A stretch of DNA of 64,000 nucleotides. Origin: Microthyrium microscopicum. Lineage: Eukaryota. The DNA lies in the NCBI GenBank assembly GCA_010405405.1, contig MU004235.1:2348506-2412505 (forward strand), in the 5' to 3' direction. The notes beneath the pieces are model-generated. The model ran no database searches. It was given only the letters and a program-made list of their open reading frames with translations, and was not told where the DNA came from. Within the stretch, counting starts at the first letter, position 1. Each line of letters opens with the position of its first letter. The translations under genes were made by a program, and so were the position numbers. This document shows, in pieces, positions 1 to 12,015 of this stretch.

Positions 1-1197
1 CAGGAACGTTTGACGTGCTTTTCTTGTAACGGAGCTCGAAAGTATCAATCGATCGGTACATGCTGATGTTATGCTTCAAAAGACGAATCGAGACACCCTT
101 GTGGTCTGGCTCTGCATCATCCCCAATCTGGAGTTCCCTGGCGCATAGAATACCATAACCATGAGCCATACACCTAAGCATGTTATGTTCTGGCGAGGCT
201 TGAAGAGCTTTTTGAAATCCAGTGGGCGAGTCATGTAGAAGGTCATCTTGATACTTCTCGAATGCGGACTCAATATATTGAAAGACTTCCTCGCGTTTCT
301 TGTTGATCGCTCCTAAGTTAGATGGTCAGTACGGCACTGATCGTTGCTAAGATGGTTCAAAACCACGAGTGAGCTTTCAAAATCTACAGACCAAGTAGAG
401 ATTCTATCTCAACTGTCGTTCTTTCACGGCATGCACTGAGAAAAATCGAGACTTTTAAACTTACTGAGAATTTTGTCAGGAACTCGATTGGTTTGAAGGC
501 TCTCATCAATAGGCTCTGTGATCCAGAGCACTATGAAGCCAGAGAGCGCTTGGAATTGTTCACTGTCGCCAAAAACCCATGCCATCCACAACAAAGTAAG
601 AGTACTATCGTTGTATATCTTTGGGGCTCCAAACGCTTCCAACCACGCATGCGCATGCGGAGCCACGAGTTTATGCCAGCGATATTTGTCCGTGATTACG
701 GCAATCAAGTAAAGAGTTTTCCAGTCGACCTTGTCAGGAACATGGGCACTGTTATCATGCATTATTCCAAGTATGATCATCATGGCAGTTGGATCGTCAT
801 CTAGATCAATCTTGACAGACCCCTTTTCTTTGAGCTCGAGCCCTTCGCGAAATGATGGGCCGCTGAGCATAGATGACCAATACTGTGAAGACGCAATGAG
901 TCTGGCAGAGGAGACCAAGAATCGAGATTCTTTGACTTCCAGTTCAAGTAGCCCCATCTTGTGCTTTTTGAACGATTTAGGTATAGCAGGAGGGACAACT
1001 GGTGGAAGTGCTGGAGCTGCGGTTGCTCCATCCAAGTCCGCATTTACGACTTCCACGTCTTTGGCCTGACCATTGACTTCTGCTTCACTTGCTTTGGATA
1101 TGGAAGCGACCTGAGCCCCCGTGTTGATCTCCTCCCCAGCCATCGTCAATCGAACATCAGCATCAGAACAGAACTCAATGGTTATGGTGGCCATCAT
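1..1197 (-). CDS. BTB/POZ-domain protein (3' end runs off the window), paralog of the adjacent gene
   Basis: ORF 424-1218 has fungal BTB motifs (FLVSSARLIASSQYWSSML, DDDPTAMMIILGIMH, IAVITDKY). Intron 313-464 (GTAAGT...CTAAC...TAG). Exon 2 from 312 translates to RAINKKREEVF...PEHNMLRCMAHGYGILCAREL..., which matches the paralog's C-terminus and stays open to base 1. Confidence 0.8.
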
Positions 1198-1720
1198 TGC
1201 GGCTCGCGATTCACACACTGCACCGACGGAATAGAGACCTTGATGAAAGTGTAGTGGGAGGAAAAGTGCAAGGCTCTCGATGTGGAGTTTGAAGTGTGGA
1301 CGGCTACATCCGCGCCGCTGTAGTTATTGCACCATTCCTAAAACAGCGTAGCGTCGTTTTTGACTTGAAGGTTCACCCGCAATTGCTTTTCTACATTTCC
1401 TGTTCATAGGAATTGATTTAACATTGTTACATTTTCGGGATGCTCCATTTTATGACTCAGAAGAGGAATGTGTCTCTGCTTAGACTAATAGCGATACTCC
1501 CCTATCACTAATGTCATTCGAGAAGGTCGTAAAACCTAAGCATGCTTGGTTGGAGGATATAGGGAATTTGGGATGGAGGTAGCCGTGCGATTGATTGAGA
1601 AGTCTGTGTTTTTGCATTTTTAAAGAGAGCATGACTCCTTTGAATGACGAGACAGTTTGAGAGGTCAAGGACGTGATATGTTTGGAGTAGAGTAGATATC
1701 GAAGCAATCCTTGAGAGTTG

Positions 1721-3179
1721 TTACACAGTTGGCTTATAGTAATCATACTTCAAGCCCCGGTCCATCCTGAACTCTTTTACGGCCGCTTTCAATGCACTCT
1801 TTAAGTCCAAACTACCACCAGGTATAATGGAACGCGGGTTGCTCTTCTTGTCATTGGCATTAACTGCCTCAAAACCTTCCAGCGACGGATATGCTTTGAT
1901 TAGGCTTCTGATATTGCGAATAGAGATTCCACAGTGATCGGGTACAGCGAACTCTCCGAGTCTAAGTTCTTTGGCGCAGACTGTGCCATGTCCGAATGCC
2001 ATGTATCTTAGCATATTGTTTTCGGGTACATTGTCTTCGTCGGGAAATTTCATCCCCAGTAGTCCTTCTTGATGCTTTTTGAGCACATCCTCAATTTTTT
2101 GTAAAGCACTTCTACGCCTTTTATTTATAGTGTCTGAGCCGAGTTATCAATATGTGCTTCCTGGCACTCAGAAAAGAGGAAGAAACTTACCAACTATGGA
2201 ACCAGGAAGTTTGACGTTTGGATCAGTCGCATCAATGGATTTTGTGAGAGACTGCATAACATGTATGGACAATGCTCGAAATTGCTTCTCTGCCCCAAAT
2301 ACCCACGTCATCCACAAACATGACAAATGCCAGTTTGAGAATCCTTCCAGCATTTTACTGTGCTTGAGATAATCGTCCTACAAAAGTCAGCTAGGTTTCA
2401 AGTTTCAATGTGCAGGCGAACGCCTAAGTCTGCTTGTGGGTGGAAAACTGAAAGCGTGAATAGCAGTATAAGTGTAGCTACCAGTATCAAACAGTAGCCA
2501 TCAATCACTAGCCAGCAGTGTTTTTCTGATATTTGGAAAGGTAGAGTCTTACAATCCATATGCTCGCATGGGGCGCTACAACTGCATGCAGTTGATACTT
2601 GTCCGTCACAACTGCAAGATTGAATAGATCTTCAAACTCCTCGACAGTGGTAGTTGCAGCATCATTACCATGTAGTATCCCTAGGACAACCATCATAGCG
2701 GTTGGATCATCGTCTAAATCGAGCCTCACAAACCCCTTCTCTTGCAATTCAACACCTTCACGGAACGATGGCCCTTTCAGCATTGATTCAAAGACTCGTG
2801 AGGATGAAACCAGCTTGGCGGCAGAGACTCGTAAGTGGTACTTGACAACCTTGACATTTATCAATCCTATACGTCGACTGTTGAGATGCTCAAATGTGCG
2901 TTTGCGCGCAGCAGGCGAAGCTGCCACTGGATTGGAATCTTTTTCAGGAGTTCTGACAACGACCTTCTTTGGGTCTGCATCCTTATGTAAAGCCTGTTCG
3001 GCCGCAGTCGCATCGTTTTCTATCTCTTCCTCTTTAACTTCCACATCTTCTGACTGAGCATCTCCTTTATCTGACTCATCATCGGAATCAGTATCACTCT
3101 CACTGATGTAGTCGGACTCTTCTTCAAGAACTAATTCAACATCTCCTTTGGAGTCGAAATCCAGGGACAATGTGGCCAT
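1721..3179 (-). CDS. BTB/POZ-domain protein, 3 exons (3179-2553, 2377-2191, 2133-1721)
   Basis: LRVSAAKLVSSSRVFESML, DDDPTAMMVVLGILHG and LAVVTDKY motifs. GT-AG introns join ORFs 2508-3179, 2168-2353 and 1721-2086. Confidence 0.8.
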
Positions 3180-3862
3180 CTTGATAATTGCGCGATGGCT
3201 GCGATATTCAGCAATAGCGCAAAAGGATCGAACTCGATGAACAGAGTCAAGGTTTGAGAGAATCTCGCGATGTGGATAACTTGAGGTTCGACGGCAAACT
3301 CCGAAACAAAGAAAGCACGCTACGCCGCTCCAAGACTAGGACCGTTTCTTCTTCGACTTGCGTCTGCTGAAGAACATCTAAAGCAGACAATTCATACTGA
3401 TTCATCAACCAAGGAAACAAGTGAAGGCTAAACTTTCTCGCTAATGAAAATCTCCAGACACTTTTCGCCATTTACGAGTTGACTGAAAAGCTGGGTCATG
3501 CGTAGTAGCGTAATACAAGGGCGAAATATGCACACACGAAGGCAGTTTCAGAGAGTCTAAAAGGTACAAGAGCTCGTCAAGATGTGTATTTACAGCAGCT
3601 CATAGACTGTGTTCGGTTATTTAATGAACTTGATAGCGACCCGACTGGGAGAAATATATATGAGTAAGAAATCTCGATATATCTCCGCAAGCTGTCGCAC
3701 TCCATAATCTCATTGCTAGCGCCACTAGCTTCAGCGCCGGATACTTTCGAGTCTATGACACTCATATGCCTCAACTGATATTGTAAAGCTGAGGCGTTTT
3801 GATGCGCGTCTCAGTCAAGTCCAGATTCCATCTTTGTAATACTACTACTTCAAAGCATTGTT

Positions 3863-5002
3863 ATGATGATACTGCCGAGATATGCATATACGACGCTCAT
3901 CACTCGTGCTTCATACCTACCTGGTGTTCTCATTCTCGCGCATACTTTAAGAAAGCATTCAAAACTTCCTCTTATCGTTGTATATACATCCTCTCTTTCC
4001 ATCGAGGCTTTACGGGCACTAGAACTCGAGTCCAAACTGCCCAGCGTAAACTTGATTTTACGAAAAGTAAATCCGTTAGTACCATCAGAGGAGGGAAAGT
4101 TGATTGCGGAGCGCTTTCGAGACACTTGGACAAAGTTAAGAGTATTTGAACTCTGGGAGTCAAATGATGGCAAGTCTTGGGACGGAATCTGTTATCTGGA
4201 CGCGGATATCGCCATCTACGGATTCATTGACGATGTATTCACAGCAGCGGGCCTGCCTCCTGTAGGCCAGAAAGTCGACGAGAACGATCAAAGACTAGAC
4301 CGGAACCGAGCGATACTTGCAGCAACGCCAATTTGCTGCTGCAACCTAGATGGCGATTCTTGGGCGCCAGCAGACTGGACGAAAGAGAATTGTCCATACA
4401 CCGCGGCAGTTCATCCGAGTAGCTTGAAGATGACACCAAGCTGGGAACAAGGAAAACCGGAACCTTGGAAATCACTCAATGGCGGCGTTTTCGTCTTTCA
4501 ACCTTCGAAAACGCTATGGGAAAGCATGATGGCTGCATTTGACCAGTGGGGAAGAGAAGGCAAGCTCGCAAAGATGAAGTTCCCGGACCAGGATTTCCTC
4601 AGCGAGTTCTGGCGTGGGAGATGGAAAAGCTTGAGCTGGCGATACAACGCATTGAAGACCATGCGCTACTGGCATCCGGATATCTGGAGAGACAATGAGA
4701 TCGTGGCATTGCATTATATTGTTGATAAGCCCTGGACGGCTAGGATTGGTGAAGATGGGTCTGCAGGGTATTTGGGGAGAGACGGCGAGACTCACAAATG
4801 GTGGTGGCGAGAATGGAGAGAATGGGAGAGCCTTAGAGAAAAATGGGGGCAACAAGAACTGCTTGACTTGGTTCGACGCGGAGCACACGTGGCTGGATAT
4901 GAGACCGGCTGTAGTAACAACGAAGATATGATGGCCATTGGAGCCAAGGTACAGGATTTAGCAAAAGGTTTGGGAGACTCCTCAAGACTAGCACTCCTAT
5001 AG
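3863..5002 (+). CDS. Glycosyltransferase family 8 (glycogenin/galactinol-synthase-like)
   Basis: AYTTLIT..SYLPGV, WTKLRVF, YLDAD (DxD), LNGGVFV, FPDQDFL and HYIVDKPW motifs. Confidence 0.9.
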   Translation: MMILPRYAYTTLITRASYLPGVLILAHTLRKHSKLPLIVVYTSSLSIEALRALELESKLPSVNLILRKVNPLVPSEEGKLIAERFRDTWTKLRVFELWESNDGKSWDGICYLDADIAIYGFIDDVFTAAGLPPVGQKVDENDQRLDRNRAILAATPICCCNLDGDSWAPADWTKENCPYTAAVHPSSLKMTPSWEQGKPEPWKSLNGGVFVFQPSKTLWESMMAAFDQWGREGKLAKMKFPDQDFLSEFWRGRWKSLSWRYNALKTMRYWHPDIWRDNEIVALHYIVDKPWTARIGEDGSAGYLGRDGETHKWWWREWREWESLREKWGQQELLDLVRRGAHVAGYETGCSNNEDMMAIGAKVQDLAKGLGDSSRLALL

Positions 5003-5146
5003 CTTGCGGTGGGGATAGAAGAGATAAGATTAGAGGAGGATTGTGGGCTTCAGAAATTGGAACGACATGGAATAGAAGTGCGGTTCATTGACATCCATTC
5101 TGTGCTTTTGCATACTGTAATTCTTTTCCAGAAACAACCTTTGCTA

Positions 5147-6370
5147 TTAGTTCCTCTTTCGACCAAAGTCAGGAGCAGGACTCGGGGTATTAGACATGAT
5201 CTTTTCAATTTCGTCCATCACCTCAGGAGTCAACGCATCTATGAGCTTCAGCGCTTTACAGTTGTCGTGCACTTGACGTGGAGAGGAGGCGCCGAGAATC
5301 ACCTGAATAATGTAAGTTTCTTGGTTAAACATAGATTGGAGTTCTTACACTGGAGACGTTTTCATTCTTTGCAGCCCATGCCAGCGATAGTGCTGCGGTC
5401 GTTCCTCCCAGTCGCTCTGCTACATCGCCTAACTTCCTGACTTTGTCAATTTTGGCTTTTCCTGCCTCTGATTGTAGCTCTTCGATTGTCGACGAAAAGG
5501 TGGAAGCGTTTGTTTTCAGTCTTGAGTTCTCTGGGATTCCATCATTGTACTTGCCTGTTAGCAATCCGCTGGCAAGTGGACTCCAGATTGTCGACCCGTA
5601 CCCATACTTCTGAAAGATTGACGAGTACTCAACTTCAAAGGTCTCCCGATGAAAGAGGTTGTACTGCGGTTGCTCAACAACAGGCGCGATGAGACTGTAC
5701 CTCTCTGCAACCTCGATAGCTTCAGTTATCTGCGCTGCGCTCCACCCTGATGTTCCCCAATAGTAGGCCAAGTTCAAATCTCGAATGACTTGAGTAAATG
5801 CCTCGACGATCTCCTTCATAGGTGTTGCTACATCTGCTTGATGTGCAAACACAACGTCGACATACGGCGTATTCAACCGCTCGAGACTGCTCTTGAGTCC
5901 TTCCATGACATGTTTTCTGCTGAGACCTACGCTATTGGGCTCCCTACGACCAGTCCCAAAGAATATTTTGGTACTGAGGACATATTCGTCTCGAGGCCAG
6001 CCGAGTTCTTTCAAAGCTCGACCCATCTGAATCTCACTCTCTCCATTCGCATAACACTCAGCCGTGTCAACTTATAACCTTTGTTAGCGTGTTTCTCATA
6101 CGATGCAAGGAACGCTCACAGAAGTTGATCCCGTTATCCCAGGCTGCTTGTAGGCACTCCTTCACAATATCTCCCTTTTGCGTACCGCCGTAGGTAAGCC
6201 AGCCGCCAAGGGAAAATATCGACACCTTGAGGCCACTCGAGCCAATATGGCGAAATGGCTGAGTTGTCAGTACATTGGGATTCACTCTCTGCGTGTCGAA
6301 CAGAGTATATTCAGGTTTGTCAACCTACCATGTTTTCATTCCCATTGTAGGAGCTTCGTATGGTGTCCAT
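5147..6370 (-). CDS. Aldo/keto reductase, voltage-gated K+ channel beta-subunit-like, multi-exon
   Basis: [60 protein letters not shown] and VILGAS motifs. Putative ATG at 6370 ([14 protein letters not shown] followed by a GT donor). Confidence 0.9.
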
Positions 6371-7653
6371 GTCGAGAGGTAGCTTTCTGTGTATCTCTTG
6401 GGGTGGACAAATATACAACTTTCGTTCTATTTACTCGCCACTTGTTGAGGCAGCAAGAGTTGCGAATTATTTGCATCCAGACGCTGTAGAGACATTTCCA
6501 CGTTGTCGACGTGTTCTTTGGTAGCAGAGCATTATAGCAGATTTGATTAGCTAAAAGATGTTGTAGAAACAGGGAGGATGCAGCTATTCTGCCCCCCTAA
6601 ATAGTAACGAACAGGCCCTGAAACGCCCCTAGGGGCGTTCTTGCTCCATCAACGTGGAACAAGAGTCATGACGTACGCGACACCACAAGAGCAACCTCAC
6701 CTTTTCGTCGACTAAATCGTTCATCTCTTTCAATATCAGAGGTACTGAACTTTCAACAGGCCGATCTCGATGGAAGGAAGGACTTCATTCTCCATACTCT
6801 TCAAAATGTCCTCCTCATAATACTTACTCCGTATCTTCTCACTTTCTAATCTCAAGTGCCTCGACCTATTCTTGCGCTCGCTCTGAGGAGCATTGGAGAC
6901 ACAAATGCCCCATGAAGGCTAGGGTATAGGTGAGGTACAGCTGGTCTGGAATGCTCAAAGGAGCTTGTCAGATGTATTCAGATGGTCCGCCTCTGGGGCC
7001 TTTGGCCTCAGAAGGTCCCTCCTGGCAGGGCAGGACAATCGAAGATGTGATGACAGTACCATCTAATGCATCTAATGGGGGGCGTTACTGGAAGTCTGTG
7101 ATCTCTGAAAAATATTAACTTGATCTTGTTCGTACAAACAAACTTCAGGTTCACGGCCTTCCATTTCAGACGCGACTGGCGTCGTCTTATTTGGCTCGGC
7201 AAGTCCCGTCCACAGCGAATGCACTACTCCGCTTAGGGAATAGCGCCATTTCCCCAGAATCATCTCCAAAAGCGTTAGAATCAACTGCATCCCATCCCGG
7301 CCTATCACCAGATTTCTGTAGTGGCAACAAGATGATCATTACCGCTTCTGATGCGAGAACATGCAGAGTTCGCCATGGCCAAGCTCACGATGTTGCATCA
7401 TGCCATGCGACGATCCCCACAATCCCGGTGCTCACGAGCCGAGTCAAGAACTTGGGCCCTTAGACCGGGTATAGCCCACAAAATAGCCCCGGCTTAATCC
7501 CAAATCATTTGCATTGCTTACTTGCACATTGAGATATATTTATCGCGCGAGACCCCAAGCTCGGAGCTCAAGCTTTGCACTACTTGTGTTACCCTGCCCG
7601 TCAAAACCTCAAGACATTGCTTTCGGTGGTCCAACGTCATCCCGCTATCTATC

Positions 7654-9582
7654 ATGGCGACCACTCTTCCTGCCACCGAGAACGCGGGCAATGACAAATC
7701 TGCGGACATGGACGAGAAGCGCGATGTTATGCAGGATTTCGATGTTGATGGACTCGGACTGCCACCAGATCCAGATGCTCATCTTACCCCAGAAGAAAGA
7801 GCAAAGATTGTTGGTAGTTGAAACATCGTTGACATTGTGGTACTAATTGTGTGACACAGGACAAGAAACTTCTTCGCAAGCTTGACTGGCTAATTATTCC
7901 TTGGGTGAGATCTTTTGTCACTGTTTGTACAATTGATTCGTACTGACTTAATTAGCTGTCATTTCTCTATCTTATCTCGTTTCTGGACAGAACAAATATT
8001 GGAAATGTACGTCGATTCCTCGCGAACCATAATTCTAAATCGTACTTTACCATTTTCGCGGAATGCTTGCCATCAGAGCATCGGACTAACGAATTGTCAG
8101 GCGCGTATCTATGGTCTCCAAACGGACTTGGGAAATATATCGGACTCGACATACAGCGCCGCTTTGACAGTATTCTTCATCAGCTATGCTCTATTAGAGC
8201 CGTTAACAAACATTCTTATGAAGCGATTGAGGCCATCGATATTCATCCCATCGATTATCTTGGCTTGGGGCATTTGCATGACTTGTGTAAGCTCTACATC
8301 AATGCATTTTGGATATCGCTTGTCCTGACGTGAGATAGATGGGTCTTGTGTCCAATGGAGGCGGTCTTATCGCCGTACGATTTTTCCTCGGTGTCGCTGA
8401 AGCTGGTCTTTTTCCTGGTGTGAACTACTATCTCTCCTGCTGGTATAAGAGATCAGAATTTGGAGCTCGCGCGGCAGTGTTCTTTAGCGCTGCTGCATTT
8501 GCTGGTTCTTTTGGAGGTCTTCTGGCCGCTGCTATTGCAAACATGCATGGTGTTGGTGGTAAACCTGGCTGGGCATGGATTTTCATTCTCGAGGTTAGTC
8601 CAGCTTCAAGATACTACACGGCTGCTGATATCGTATTAGGGTCTTTTCACCGTACTTGTTGGCATTGCTTCATATTGGATGGTCCATGACTTTCCAGACA
8701 ATGCAAAATTTCTGTCAGAGCCAGACCGCATTCGAGTGAGACGCCGCTTGGCCTTAGATGGCCAAGCCAGCGCTCATCACGAAGAGTTTGACATGCGCTT
8801 CTTCTGGGAATCTGTAAAGGACTGGAAGACATATGCCTTTGCAATCATCTACATGGGCACGGATGGAGCGCTCTACGCTTTCAGTTTATTTACTCCGACC
8901 ATCATCAAGCAACTTGGATACACTGCTACGAAAGCAAACTTGCTTTCTGTTCCACCATATGCAGCAGCCGCCATTATGACAATCTCAGTTGGCGTATTTG
9001 CGGACAGAACGAGACAGCGCGGTCTTTGCAATATTGTCATGGCCCTTGTTGGAATGATAGGGTTTTGTATGCTTATAGGATCACAAAAAGCTGGCGTCAA
9101 GTATGCTGGCACTTTCCTTGGAGCTATGGGTATTTATCCAACCATTGCCAACACCATCGCATGGTGCAGCAACAATGTTGAGGGTGTGTTCAAGCGAGGT
9201 GTCACTCTCGGGTTTGTAATTGGGTAAGTTGCTCTCAATATGGGGATGTAATTGATTGTCTAACAACAAATCTAGATGGGGAAACCTTAATGGTATTGTC
9301 AGCAGTAACATTTACCCCACAAGTAGCGCTCCACACTTCTATCCTGGCCACGGGACTGTGTTGGGATACCTCACTGTCTTCCTGTTTGGTGGCAGCATTG
9401 TCACTTCACTTCTTCTAAGGCAGGAGAACAAGAAGCGTATCAACGGCCAACGCGACCACTGGCTAGAGGGTAAAACACCGGAAGAATTGCGAACTAGGGG
9501 CGATAAGAGGTATGATTTACACCTTCACCTTATCTCGCCGTTGCTAACTCGTCATAGACCCGATTTCCAATATGTCGTCTAA
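7654..9582 (+). CDS. MFS transporter, anion:cation symporter/allantoate permease (Dal5/Tna1-like) family, multi-exon
   Basis: DKKLLRKLDWLIIPW, FLDRTNIGNA, RFFLGVAEAGLFPG, WYKRSE, GWAWIFILEG and LLSVPPY motifs spread over GT-AG exons. Confidence 0.9.
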
Positions 9583-9675
9583 TCTAATCACCAACAGTGC
9601 CAATATATGATTGTCTAAAGTTGTAGTATAAAAGCTCCGTAATACATATAAATCATAATAAGTTGAACTTCACCT

Positions 9676-10902
9676 TCACGTCTTCCAAGTGAGCGACCAC
9701 GTCTCCTCCCCCAACCTAAACGGCACAACATCCACACTGCCCTCCACCAAATCACCCACCTTCTCCCCTTTCCTCTTCAACACAATCTTCTCCTTAGACT
9801 CTTCTACACCATAGAACTTTCGCCCATGTTTCCCCAAAAATCCTTCCAGCACCTCCATCGTCACCTGCTCCTCTTTTAGCGTGCCCTCTTTGCAGGCTCT
9901 CTCTAGTGCATCGAGTACTGTGTGTGTCGCATACGGCTGCGTAAACACACCTGCTGCAGCTTTCTTGAGATTACTGCTTTTCGCGGCACGCGGGTGCGGC
10001 GCGCTGTCAGTACCTAGAAAGAACTTTGGGTTGTTGGAGACTGCGGCTTGCAGGATGGCGGTGCGGTCGGTGTCAGTTTTAGCAACGGGTTTGCAGAAGG
10101 CGTGGGCGTCACCGACGACATCGTCGATTGTTAGGAACAGATGATGCGCTATTTGCACGGTCAATATTCATGGAGCTGATTGGAGGGAGGAGGAGATTTA
10201 CCTGTGATGGTAGCTACGACAGTTGGGCCGCATTGCTTGACGGCCTCAATGGCCGGAGCACTAGTACAGTGCTCTAGAATGATACGTAGCTTTGGAAACT
10301 TTGCGTGGATGGAGAGAAGAGTGGGCAGGAATTTCTCTTCAGCGTTGAGGACGGTTATGCCGAGCTGTTTTGGGCATTCGCCGTGCAAGTTAAGGACCAA
10401 GTCCTGGTTCTGCATTTCTTCGAAGACGCGGTAGAATTGTTCATAGTCTACTACTCCTGAAGAGGAGTTCGTCGTCACACCTAGCCGTTGGTCAGTAGAT
10501 GATTCCTAGTGGGAGCCCGAGTCACTTGCCTGCTGGATACGATTTGACTCCAGTGATGCCAGATTCTTTGGCTTCTTTGATAGTCTCAGGAGTAATATCT
10601 TCGTGCAAGTAGAGAGACATCAAGAAGGTGACTTTGGGCTCCAGCGCTTCTAACTTGGCTTTGTAGTCCAGGCATTGCTTGACTTTGGTAATGGGTGGGA
10701 TGAGATTAGGCTTTCTACGGAGTTAGATGTTTTTTGGAATAATTCAAGCCGCACGGGTTCAACTAACCATCACATATACAACATTGACGCCTCCTTTTCT
10801 GATAGTGGGGACAACGGCATCGCACAGTTCATCTTGTCGCAGATGGACGTGGAAATCCGCCGTAGCTGGTAGCTCCAGCTTTGAGAGACTCTCTAGTATC
10901 AT
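9676..10902 (-). CDS. URA4: Dihydroorotase (homodimeric type), multi-exon
   Basis: LELPATADFHVHLRQ, KSYPAGVTTNS, LNLHGE, ILEHCT, CKPVAK and FFLGTDSAPH motifs. ATG at 10902. Confidence 0.93.
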
Positions 10903-12015
10903 AGTCGTCCTCCTGGTCCAGTTTTGTCTGTTTACGGCTTAGATATTGCTCTCAGGGGCCTGTAAGTTGTGTAGTGTGAGGAAGTTATTGGTCTGAAGTT
11001 GGAAGAAATATCAATTTTTGACTAGGTCTAGGAATCTTGAATTTCATTGGTTACAATTTACTAGCCTGAACGTGAAGTGTCTACGGAAGAGTATCTGATC
11101 AAAAACTTAACCTAATTATAAGCCTTCCTCACCTGTGACATTATTGGTAGTACCAAAGGAGAGAAACTATTCGAGGTAAGTCAGCGCAGTAAACTGGTTT
11201 TAATGGGTCGCTTGCAACTGCACAAGTGAAAGACGTACTTACTGCCTTATTCAATTGACGCTAGCATCTTACGAAGAAGTGAACACATGAATATTGTCAC
11301 ATCGAACTACTTTAATTACCGAAATTGCAAAGTGCGAGATGAGGTCAATAAAGCCATCTTTGGATCCTTCAAATCAGCCAACGGCTAAATTCCTACTGAC
11401 AATTCATTCACTTATGTATACCAAGAGTTCATATTTTTGAGTTAAAAAGGTCTGAACAAGGTATGATTTTCGAAAGGGTATCCAAAGGTAATGATTTCTA
11501 CCAATATGCTATCCAAAATAGCCGCTGTTGTGTCGCTTTGGCATTACTTACCGAAGTAACTTAGTGATTATTTTGTACATCGTGCTGACAGAAACCATTG
11601 CTTTTTAATCCCAATTCTGCGAGCAAGACATGTCTAGACCATCACAAAAAATAAAGATGAACGATATTGAACTTTGGCCTCTACTAAGTCCTATGATAGA
11701 CTAAGCAAATTCGCCGTTATCTCAAACATACAATGCTCCCTTCTCTCTAGTTTTGGAACTGTGCTTAGATGGTTGAAAACTTGAATTCTAGCCCAATCGT
11801 TGCATGCTTTGGGAAAGGACTGCAGCTACGAAGCGAGAAGGCGTTGCTTTGAGCAAGTCGTAGGCCTATCGCATAGTGAGAGGATTTGGGGCTGTGTGCA
11901 TATGCATATGCATAATGACTGTAGAGGCAGTGGGATGCGGGGACGTAAAAGTGATATAGAGCTCCGATTTTCAGCTCACGATTCGCAGCTGTGAGAGCTC
12001 TCTGGAACGTTGAAT

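Noticed and set aside
76..273. 65-aa minus-strand ORF as the last exon of the first BTB gene
   Set aside because: Splice phase puts exon 2 in a different frame, and that frame matches the paralog.
6930..7463. Several short overlapping ORFs between AKR and the MFS transporter
   Set aside because: They have no recognisable motifs or consistent splice structure and are likely chance ORFs.
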